In this document: positions 24,130-35,001 of the stretch, piece by piece
Layout of the letters: each line of letters starts with the position of its first letter
Position numbering within the stretch: the first letter of the stretch is position 1
NCBI RefSeq assembly: GCF_018350175.1
Contig: NC_058369.1
Coordinates: forward strand, 2,668,001-2,732,000
Length of the DNA: 64,000 bases
From: Felis catus
Taxonomy: Eukaryota
Direction: 5' to 3'
Notes under the pieces: generated by a model
Told to the model about the DNA's origin: nothing
Database searches by the model: none
What the model saw: only the letters and a program-made list of their open reading frames with translations
Made by a program: the position numbers and the translations under genes

Positions 24130-24305
24130 ACCTGGGTGCCGTCTGGGGACATCTGTGGTGATCGGGACAGACGCTGATTGGGATCTGTGATCTGGGGGTG
24201 CTCCTGGCATCCAGTGGGTGGGGTCAGCGACGCTGCTGCCCCACCCCACCACCCAGTGCTCAGCATGGCCCCAAACATCAGCAGTGTCGAGGGGGGACCG
24301 TGAGC
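24130..24305 (+). mobile_element. MER20-like hAT DNA transposon fragment
   Basis: gtctggggacat...gggggtgctcctggcatccagtgggt...gccccaaacatcagcagtgtcgag resembles the MER20 consensus; a second copy in opposite orientation at ~60998-61230. Confidence 0.65.
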
Positions 24306-24999
24306 CCTGTGAGGGCAGGGATTCTGTCCCCAGAGCCTGCGCGGTGCCCCGGTGAGGCTGGAGCGTGAGAACGCTGGCTCGAGTGGGTGCTGGAGGGCGG
24401 GAGGGACTGATGGACCGAGGGAAGGGTGCGTTTGGCCCGTCCCGGGAGCTGGCACCAGGGGCCGGTGTCCTGCAGAGCCGGGAAGGGACTACTTGGCCGC
24501 CCCTCTTCGGCCCAGCATCTTCCTGCCGTCCAGTTTCTGAGCCACCACAGGCCGCGGTGGCCTCCGCCTTGTCAAGTCCACTGTCACCACGCGGGCCACC
24601 TCTCGCTGCACCTGCCCGAGATTGGGTGCACACGGAGTGGCCGCGGACGCTGGGTGGTTTGGAGCCAGGCGCGTGCGGCAGCACCTTCCTTCGGTGGCCA
24701 GACGCACGTTGAACGCTGGGACTCCTTCCTCGTGTGGCGTTGACCTTCTGGTCAGCTGTGGACAGCTGTGCATCCTCGTGTCCTTGGCAGGTGACCCCTT
24801 TCTCCTCCTGTGGCGTCCTCTCCTGATACCGGGGCAGGAGCACGCGGGACGTGCCGCCGGCCCCGTGCCATCTAGTCCTCGAGCGCCGTGCCTGACACGT
24901 GCACCCTCCCTCCCCCCGAAAAGTGGACTCCGCTGTCCCCTGGCTTCCTATGTCTTCCCTTCAGGGAGCAGCCTCCTTTCCGTTGTTTGTTTGCTCGAC

Positions 25000-25560
25000 C
25001 TTTGCTGGTAACGGATCTATTCAGATACGGTCCCCTCTCCGTGTGAGTTACTGATTTAAACTGTGCAATTGAGAGGTTTTCGGCCTGTGTACCCATCACC
25101 AGATGGATTCTGGAACATTCTCACCACTCCAGACAAGCCCTCTTCCCGTCAGTCGTCAGTCCCATGCCCTTTCCGGCCCCTGGCACCCGCTACCCCACTT
25201 CGTGTCGGGATGAGCCCGTTCTGCACGTTTCACGCCTGCGGACTCACACCCCGTGTGGCCTCTCGCGTCCGGTTCCCTCGCTGAGCGTCGTGCGTTCGGG
25301 GTCCGTCCGCGGGGCGGCGGGGGTGGGGGACTCTCGCTCCTGCTCGAGACCAGGTGACGTTCCCGTGTGTTGGCCGGACACGGTATGTGTGTCCACTCGC
25401 CAGTTGGCGGACGCTTGGGCTGTTTCCACCTTTTACCTGTTCCGGTCAGAGCTGCTACAGACAGTTGAGCGCAGGCTCTCGTGACCGTTGCTTTTGATGC
25501 AACTGAGATGCCGCTGTGCTGTCTGCGCGCGTTCTTGCTGGGCACGGTTGACTCCCTGTC
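25000..25560 (-). mobile_element. Degenerate L1MB-like 3' fragment
   Basis: tggaacattctcaccactccag...ttgggctgtttccaccttt; similar pieces at ~32960-33440 and ~44380-44790. Confidence 0.55.
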
Positions 25561-26443
25561 CTCGTGCGTTGCTGGACCCCGAGGCTGGCTCCTGAGCTCC
25601 AGCCCCACGGGGCCAGCGCCAGTCACCGTTCCCTGGGGGTCCTGCCGGCACCTGGGGCGAGTTAGCCCCGAGGAGGTCACGCTTTCCTCTGACCGTTCCC
25701 TCCCCCAGCCTCACGTGGGGCCCCTCGTGCCTGTTCCCCCATCCTCTCAGGACCACCTGCTTCCCCACCCGGACCGGGCAGGCACTGTCGGGTCCCCCTG
25801 GGTCCCCCCTCCTCCACACGACACTGCCTTCAGTCCATGAAGGCACGTCTCATCCTGTGGCTCCCTCTTCCCTGGCCTTCCCCACCTCCCCACCACTGGC
25901 CCAGGAGACCGTTCTTTGGGCCTTCGCTGTCCCTCTTCCTGCCCCCAGCGCTCTCCTTACACCCGGCCTCCCCAGACCTCTGTGCGCTTGTCTAAAGCAC
26001 CAGACCCCTCCAGATCCTCCTGCCCTTTTTTTTTTGCACATGCTCCTTCCCGGAGTAGATCGGGCCCAGAAACCACCGATTTGTGCAGGAGGCGTCAGGT
26101 TGTATTTGCACAGTGTCCTATGATAGAGATAAGGAGAGGCCGGGGGTGGGGGGCGGCGGTGACGGAGGGAGCAAGGGAAGGGGCAGACTGCCACTCGGAG
26201 GGGGTGCCTCCACTTACCCAAGGCCGCACGGCAAGAGAAAAGTCAGCGCTGCTCTCCTGAGCCTGAGGGAAGCCACACTTCCCTCTACAGATTCCCCCAA
26301 ACCGGGAGCTCTCCACTGGGGGCAACGTCCGGGCGTGTTTGTGGTTGTCACGCTGGGGGTGTTCTGGCATTAAGTGGGTGGGCCCGGGAAGGCTGCTCAG
26401 CCCCCTGCAGTGCCCAGAACGCACCCACCCCCTAGAACATGCC

Positions 26444-26467
26444 TTAGGGTTAGGGTTGGGGTTAGGG
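26444..26467 (+). repeat. Short interstitial telomere-like repeat
   Basis: TTAGGG TTAGGG TTGGGG TTAGGG. Confidence 0.8.
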
Positions 26468-27185
26468 TTGGCGGTCCCTGCCCTAAACATACTAGGTTTA
26501 GGTCTTTGTTCTGCCCCCATCTAGGACCCATAGGTGGGGTCCCTGGTCAGACATGTTGAGGAGCACTTTCTGCTGCTCAAGGCCGCCTGTGAGGGGGTGA
26601 GCTCCCTGTCCTTGCAGGCATGCAAGCAGATGCAGTTGTGAGGGGCTCATCTGAACCCCTTTAAGGCCTGGTCCAGCCTTGAGATCTGGCCCTGTGACGT
26701 AAACCGCAGTTTCAGTCGTGTAAATGATCGTAAATCGCCTGCTGCTGTTGCCGAGTTGTCCCTCCCTCACGTGGGGTTTGCATCCTCTGGGCTGCTGCCG
26801 ACCCCAGTGCCCAGAGGTGGTAGACGAGAGGCTTCACCTTGGGCACTTCTGAGATTTAGAGCAGCAGGGCTCACCCGGGGTGCCAACGGTGTGGCCATTT
26901 CCACGGGGTCAGAGGGGAGAGCCTCCGGTCCAAAGGCCATGTCCTCTAGACCGTCAGCCCCCGGAGGGCGGGACTCCTTGGTCAGCCCCAGGGTCTGCCT
27001 GCACAGAGCGGGGAGTAAGCTTTAGCTGAGAGAACGGATACACGCATGGGTGCTAGAATGTGTTCTTCGGGGGCCCCCACCTCCAGGCCTCCCCAGAAAG
27101 AACTTGCCTCTGGTGGTGATTCACATCAGCCCCCAGAGGGGAGGCTCGTCGCTTCCCTGTCGTATGTGTTAGGCTCAGCCCCCCC

Positions 27186-27413
27186 TTTTTTTTTTTAATT
27201 TTTTTTTTTTACGTGTATTTATTTTTGAGAGAGAGGGAGACAGACAAAGTGCGAACAGGGGAGAAGCAGAGGGGGAGACACAGAATTCGAAGCGGGCTCC
27301 AGGCTCTGAGCTGTCAGCACAGAGCCCAGTGCGGGGCTCGAACCCACAAGCAGTGAGATCATGACCTGAGCCAAAGTCAGACGCCCAACCGACTGAGCCC
27401 CCCCAGGCGCCCC
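27186..27413 (-). mobile_element. CAN-SINE in FZR1 intron 1
   Basis: TSD ggctcagccc; another minus-strand SINE at ~30994-31173 with a T32 tail. Confidence 0.88.
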
Positions 27414-30400
27414 GGGCTCAGCCCTTTTTGATTCCAGCTCCTCTGGGCTTTGTCTTTGGTGTCATGAGACGTGACGGACCGCTAGCCCATCGTGTTCCCT
27501 CCACGGGGTGGGAGCTCTCTCTTCAAAGGGCCCATTCTGTGCATCAGCTATTGGGAGTGCGAGAGCCTGCGTTCTGGGCCATGTCTGAAGGCCACGGCCA
27601 GCCCTCCTGCCTCCAGTAGCCCCATTTCTTTTTATTGACGACAGTCTTCCCTCCTCTTGGAGGAAGATCCATTCTCCTTACCTGCAGCCTCAGTGAGGGA
27701 AGAGAAGGGGCCCCACCTGGCCACCCGGCCGACAGCTGCGGTCAGGAGCTCACTGGAGCAGCGGCCGCCCAGGCACCCCCCCACCCCCGCCCCCCCGTGC
27801 CATACAGCCCACACACACTGCGGAGGGAGGAACAGGAAGCTGGCACATGGGGGATGTGTTGTGCACCTGTCGCTGAGCCCGTGGGATCAGCCAGCACCTC
27901 CTAGCATCTCCTTTGAGTCAGGCACCCTCCTAGCTGCTTCGCGGAAGTCACGTCCAGTGTTAGAGCAACACAGGTGGTGTTACCCATTCACCTGCTTCGG
28001 AGAGAAGTTACTGGGCCGTAAGAGTGGAAGCCAGGACTCGAAGCCAGGTGTGTTCCTCTCTGAAGCCCCCCCTTTTCCAGTGTACCTTTCTAGGGCTAGA
28101 TGGTATTTGGGTTTCCTGTAGTGGTGGGGGCGGGGGGCTCGAGGGCTGGTCCCCAGCTTGCCTGAGCCGAGGCCGGGACAGCAGAGCCAGAGGCTCCCAC
28201 GCGAGCAGAAAATTGGACGAGTCCTCCTTCCAGTTGGGTCTTTCTCATGTGCTACTTCCTCGGTCCCTTGGAGAATAGCTGAGAGTAACACATCCGGGCC
28301 CCAGGCCCCCCACGGGAGCCTCTCCTCTTTCTCAGGAGGAAAGCACCGGAAGCTGGGTAGTCTGGGAGCACCTGTCCCCCCCTCCAGATCTCCTGCCGTC
28401 TCCGCCTGTATATCTCTCAGACAGGTGCATGTTCCTCAAGGTTTCAGGGGCCCTGTGAGAGGTTGTGCCCCCTGGTGACCGTTCCCAGGGAGTCCCCAGC
28501 CATCTATCAGTAAATCCCTACTTGGGGGATGGTTCCTGCTAGAACGGACCAGCAGATACGCACCCGTGAGAGGATGCCCCCTCCAGAGCAGGCCTTTGAG
28601 CTCTAGGTGGCCGGCTTGCTCGGGTGCTGGGCCTGGGGACCCCCTCACCTGGGGGGGCGTCGCGATCTGAGCAGCCATGGGCAGGCGGGGTGAGCACAGA
28701 TAAGTCCGGAGCCGGACTTGCCCGGGTAGGACCCAGCCCCCCGGCCCGCCAGCCGCGGTCCTCCTCTGTGAGGTGGAGGCGGGACCGCTCGTGGGACACA
28801 GTTAAGTACAAGGCCTCGAGCGGTTCTGGCCCGCGGAAGGCCCCAGGCGGGACCCGCTGCCGTCATTGTCCCACAGGGCCGGGAGCAATGTCCTGTTCAC
28901 CTAGGACCCCGTAGCGCCCACATAGGACGTAGCCGAGTGGGCGTCCATAGGCTGCTTCCTCGTACCCCGTGTGGGTAGCCAGCGCCGCCTGACCTAACTG
29001 GCCGGCTTCCCCTCCAGAAGCTGGAGTTAGCTGCACCCAGGACCACTCTGCCGGGACACGCTGGCTGGTGTGGAGGACGTCTGGTCGTCGTGACAGGGAG
29101 AGCCTCCGGTATAAACCTATTTTATAGGTAGTCCCATCCAGGCTATAGTCACCCTCGAGATACTGAGTCACGAAACGTTTCATTTTTCCTGGGGCTTCCT
29201 GAAGAGACTTACAACATCTAAGTGCAGGAGAGACTGGTTTTTCAAGATGAGCAAGACTTTGAAGGATGTGAAATTTGGCGAGCGGAGAGCTTCTGTCCTG
29301 GGGGCCTGGGGCTCGGCCTGAACTTGGCGGGGGGGGGGGGGGGGTGCAGCCTGGACCCTGCCGTACCAGGCCCAGAGAAGAGGCCGTCCGTTTGCATGCC
29401 CTGCTCCTGGGGTGCCCTCCACGGCTGCACCCCTGCCGGGGGAGGCTTCGGAGGCGATCGCGGGTGCCTCGAGCTCGTCATCGGTCCTTGCTGACACCAG
29501 GCCTGGCCCGTGTGTCCCGTCGTGTCCCTCATCCGCTAGCCTCCCTGGCCCGGCACCGTGAACGTTCTTTGGGGGCATCCTGGGCACTGAGGGCACTGGG
29601 CAACGTCCCCAGCCCCCACCTCCTCGAGGCCAGGAACGTGACAGTCGTGACAGACACATGTGTCGACGGACAAACGTGTCCCCAGACGCTGCCCAGTCTG
29701 AGGGCCCCCGGGTCACACCTGGAGTGAGTGCCTGGTGGGCGGAAACCGTGGGAGCACCGCGGCCGCAGGGCTGGCCGGGCGAGGCCACGGGCTGGCGGGC
29801 TGCGGAGGCGGCAGGACGGTGCCACGGCCTGCCCTGCCACTGCCGCTGGGCTCGCTCTCAGGGAGGGCCGGCGATGCCTGACCCTCGCGGTAGCTGTGCG
29901 GGAACCTCACTGTCCTGTGAGGCGGCTGGGGGGGGGGTGGCGCCTCTGTCCCGGGAGAGCAGGCTGGGAGGCTGAAGGCTCGTCCGAGGCGGTGGCGGAA
30001 GGTGAGCTCTGGGGGCCGCGGTGGAAGAGGAGGCCCCCTTCCGAAGGGCTGGCGTGGTGGGCGGGCGAGTCCCCCGGCGACGGTGCCCTGTGGAGGGGAC
30101 AGTGGCAGCGAGGGGCCCAGGGCTCTGGCCCCCCTCACCCGACACAACACCAGCCCGCCCGGTCAGCAGGGCGGCTCGTGGCTCCCTTCCCACCTCGGCT
30201 GGGGCTCGGCCCGGGTGGGGGAGCCCGGCCGCCGGGGGCCTGCAGACGGTCTGCGCACGGCGACTGCTCGTTAACGGGAGAATCACCGCACACCACACCC
30301 GCGGACGTCTTACTAGGAAATTCTCAGACTAGGGCAAGGGCGGTCGAGTGCTCAGTGCGCCGCCTGGGCCGCCGGCCGCGTCCATCCCGCCTCCGCTCTC

Positions 30401-30991
30401 ACGTGACACAGAATCCAAGAAGTACATGAGGCGCCGGGGAAACCGGGCTCCTTCCTCTCTGTCCCCCACCCCCGGACCCCTCCCGAGAGCTGACCTGTGC
30501 TGCTGGCGTGTTCCCCAGCCTTCTAGAAGCAGCTCGTTGGCCCAGTGCTGCCGTCACCTTTGGGGGGGGGGGGGGTCCGGCCGACCCTCCTGCCGCCTCT
30601 CGTGGGGACACGAGCCTCACCGTTTGCTGTCACACGCGGCGCTGCCTTTGTGTTCGCGGTTTTGCACACGCAGCCCGGAGTTCCTCCGGGGGAATTCTTA
30701 GAAGTAGAGAGAGTGCGTCAGAAAGGATGTGCGTTTCAAATTTGGAAAGCAGCTGCCAAACTGCCTTCTTCGAAGTCAGGTTTCAGCTCCTGCCAAGGAG
30801 CACGGGTGCCTGTCTCCTCCCTACGCCTGCGCGGCCTGGCGTGCGGGGCTGTGGGCCGGGGCCCTGCTGTCCGCGTGGGGCCTGCCGCCTTCCAGCTGCA
30901 CGCGAGGGTGGGCGTCTCAGGAGCGCTGGCTGTGTTCACACCCTTCACGTCAGTGTCTCCCGTGGGTGGCAGGTGTTTTTTTCCGCTAGTG

Positions 30992-31026
<35 letters not shown>

Positions 31027-34000
31027 AGAGCGAGAGGGAAGAAGGGCAGAGGCAGAGAGAGAGGAGAATCCCAGCAGGCTGTGCACTGTCAGCACAGAGC
31101 TGAACCACAGGACCACAACCTGAGCCAAAGTCAAGAGTCAGGTGCTTAACCGACGGAGCCCCTCAGGTGTCCCTGTGTCGTCTTTCTAAATAAAACCGTT
31201 TGTGGTACGTCTTCCCTCGTAGACGCTTCTGGTCTCTCCTGAACTGTGGCCTGGGCCCTGCCGTCAGTGAAACAGACCAGCCCTGCCGGCCTCGTGGGGA
31301 GCCCCCCCCCCCCCCCCGGGGACATCAGCACGGTGGCTTTGGTCTGTGACTGGGGGGCCGTGGTTTCCATTAGAAGCTCGTCGGGGCTGAGAGGTTTAGC
31401 CCACAGTGTGACCATTCCCCGTGGTGAGGCCCCTCGTTCCCCCAAAGCCCCGCTGGCCCTGAGCAGCCCTGCTCGGGGAGAGCAAGGCAGGGGCGGTCAC
31501 CGAGCATGTGGACCGAGCGTGGCCTTCACCGGTGCCCCCCAGGGCTCGCTGCCTGGCGGGCGGGCGGCAAGCAAGGCCCCAGTCAGGGCCCTCGAGGGTT
31601 GACTCCGCACACAGTGGCCGAAGGAAGTCTGCTGCCTCTGTGACCCTGGTTTACTCGGGACAGCTGACTGGCCCGACTCCGGGAAAGTACCCGCTGATGG
31701 CAGAACTTACCAGAATGGAACCATGACTGTTCCTCTTTATGCCCCTTCTTCCCTGCCATAAACCCCACCCGGGATGCTGGTCCTCGGTCAGAGTGGACGC
31801 TCAGCTCTGGCTCCCACGTGGCCCAGGCTCACCGTTGGGACTCCGTCCTCTGAATGGGAGTCTGCAGCCTGGACAGAAACTCGTACGGCCATGCTGCCCC
31901 AGGAGTGGTCACTGTGCCGAGGGCACACCTTGGGGTTCATCCTGGGGACTCGGAGGTGGGCTGGAAGGGGTCGTCCCCCCCCCCCCCCCCCCAGCTGCCA
32001 GAGAAGTGAGGGAGGCTTGAGGGATGCAGCCATCAGTCACTGCTGGACTCTGTGACAGAGGAGCGAGACTGGTCTGGGGACCTTCTGCTGGGACTACAGG
32101 GCACGTGCAGGGGGAGGGGGCCGATGGGCAAGAAGGAGGTGGCCGCCCCCACAGGCTTACCCGAGATGTGGGCAGGGCTTTGCTCACAAAGCGGGAGGCC
32201 CGCCGTCTGGCCCCATGGGGACGATGGGGCCGGTGGACTTGAGAGGAACTCCGGGCCCAGCGGAGGGAGGACCCTGGGGGCAGGTGGGCACGGGGAGGCG
32301 GGCCTCGGGGCAGGGGCTCCTGCCCGTGACCCCACGTGAGCCTGCAGCGCCGCTGCCCCTTGCTCGGCCATCCCAGGTTCGCGTGCACGAGGCGATGGTG
32401 CAGACACACGGGTCGTGAGGTCGCGCACGGGGAGCATGGGATCAAACGTGCAAGCCCGCTAATGTGCGTGGTGTGGAGCACACCGTGGCAACTAGCGGCC
32501 ACGCGCCTGTGCCTCTGAGTCTCACCCAGCAGGCTTGGCTCTGGCTGAGTGTCCGTCCGGCTTTGGGCCTGGGCCACGCCAGGCTGGCCGTGTCCCATAA
32601 TTGCGGGGTGAGGGTCGAGGACTCAGTGGGCTCGTGCTGGTCCTTCTGCCCCGTGCTCTGCACGGTCTCCACCACAGGCCTAGGAACCCGTCCGAGAGGC
32701 CATCTGGGGCTGTCGAAGATAGGACGCAGGTAGGTGGGCCTGAGGACCTCGTGGTGTGGCCACGCCTGGAGAGGTGCGAGTGGTGGACCCCCAGGCTGGT
32801 TCCCTCCCAGGTGACGCCGAGCTCACACTGCCCCCAGGAGTCTCTTTTCAAAAGGGCGGACGTTCTCTTTAGTCCACTCTCTATCTCTGTGGACGGCACT
32901 CCTCTAGGGACCCCCTGTGAGCGGGGACACACAGGACGTGTCCTCCTGCGCCTGTGTTCTCCAGGTCCACCCATGCGGTGGCCGGTGGCAGGGCGTCCTT
33001 CCTTTCCGAGGCTGGGTCACGTTCTAGTGTGCGGGTGGGGCGCGTCGGGTTTATCCATTCACTCAACCTGTCGACAGACACTTGGGAGTCTTTCTCTCCT
33101 TGGTGATTACGAACAACCTAGAATAACGCCAGTTGGAGCTTTAGGGGACTGGTTTCTGTGCGGGTCTGTTTCCTTTCATTCCTCCCAGATGCACACCGAA
33201 AAGTGGAATTATTGGGCTACGTGGCCCTGTGTGTGGGGGACAGAGACAGAGAGGAGCCTATGGGGGCAGGGGCAGGGAGTCAGTGTTTCCTGGGGACGGA
33301 GTCTCAGCTTGGGGAGATGGAAAGTTCTGGAGACAGATGGTGGGGGTGGCTGCACGACTGTGTGTGCTTGAAGCCGCTGGGCTGTGCACTTAGAAATGGT
33401 TAGGGTGGTACATCTTATGCGGATTTCACCACAATTCTTTTTAAAGCAAATGTTGACTTCTCCAGAGTGCTACCCCTCAGGATTCACAGACTTTTAATTT
33501 TGGGCCAGCCTTCGACTTTCTGGTATTTGATCTGTCGTGAACCCGGGCTCCAGACAGAGCAGTAGAGCTCGCGGTGGCTCGCGGTGGCTCTGAGTGCATA
33601 GGGGGTCTGGGGCAGGGGGAGCGGGCGCATCGTGAGGAGCTGCAGCCCTCTGAGCCCCCTCTCTGCCAGGCTCTGTCCCAGAAACACTTGCTTCAGGCCC
33701 CCCCCATTTGCTCTGCGGTGCCCCTGGGGGAGGCAGGACTGGTGAACGTTTCATGTTGGTTTCTGGAAGCAGCCACTGGCTGCGGGCCTGTGTCCAGCCC
33801 CGCAGTGAGGAACATCCTCCTCCCAGAGGTGGCCACTCGCCCCCACCCCCCTTGTGCTGGAAAGTGCACCGCCCTTCCCTGCGTCCAGGTGCTTTGCTTC
33901 TAGAACATTCTTCCGTCTCCCCCCTTCTCCTTTTCAGAGAAGCCTTCCGAGCTGGGCTGAGCCCAGTGGGAAGAGGGTGTGAGCTTTACAAATTCTGAAT

Positions 34001-34101
34001 GGGCAGAGTTGAGCTGTTGAACCCCATCCCGCGTGTGCACACCCAGGTGCCTGCAGCTTGAGGACTGTGGCCCCGTTCGTGCATTAGGACAGAGGCTTCC
34101 T

Positions 34102-34437
34102 GGGGCGTCTGGGGGCCTCAGTTAAGCATCTGACTCTTGATTTAGGCTCAGGCCATGATCTCACAGTTCATGAGATCGAGCCCTGCGTCAGGCTTCGTGC
34201 TAATAGTGTGGAGCCTGTTTGGGATTCTCTCCCCCTCTCTCCTTCCCCTTTTCCCTTCCCTCCCCCTCCCCCTCTCCCCCTCTCCCCCTCTCCCCCTCTC
34301 CCCCTCTCCCCCTCTCCCCCTCTCCCCCTCTCTCTCCCTCCCCTCTCCTCCTCTCTCCCTCCCCTCTCCCACCTCCCCCTGTGGGTGTGTGCACATTCTC
34401 TCTCACTCTCTCACTTAAACTTAAAAAAAGAAAAAAG
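34102..34437 (+). mobile_element. CAN-SINE with expanded (CCCCCTCT)n body
   Basis: SINE head, ~150-nt pure pyrimidine tract (~34225-34380), A-tail. Confidence 0.85.
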
Positions 34438-34932
34438 GATATAGAAGCTTCCTCATTCAAGGAGGAATCCTCCCAGGGACCACTTTGATGCTTGCCCAGC
34501 CCCCACCTCGGGGTTGGACATGGTCTGAGGGTCCTCGGAGGGTCTGAAGCAGGAAGGCGACATGGTGGGTGCATGGGAAGGAGGGTGGCCGGAGGGCAAG
34601 CTGACAGACTTGCACTAAGCAGGACAAAGGCCGGGAGTCCTGGCGGAAGGTCCCTCAGAGCAGCCGCCGTCCTCCCCGTCGCAGCCGCCGTCCTCCCCGT
34701 CACAGCCGCCTGTGGTTTCCACGGCCTGTGGGGTGTGCCTGCCCCCCCCCCCCCGCCACCGGGCTCTTGGGAGGAAGTGGAAGGCCTTGGCCATCACCGT
34801 GGAGTTCGCTGTGGTCACCGGGCAGTGGAGGGGGCTGCTGCCCACCGGCACTGACCTCTGCTGCCCTTCCTGCCCCAGGCTGACCCGGGCCGGCTGACCT
34901 TGGCCGGCGGCCTGTGCCTGCCCTGCGTCGCC

Positions 34933-35001
34933 ATGGACCAGGACTATGAGCGGCGCCTCCTCCGGCAGATCGTCGTTCAGAACGAGAACACGATGCCCTG
35001 C
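34933..35001 (+). CDS. FZR1: FZR1 coding exon 1 (exon starts 34879)
   Basis: gccATGg; [23 protein letters not shown] |gtgagt. Confidence 0.96.
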
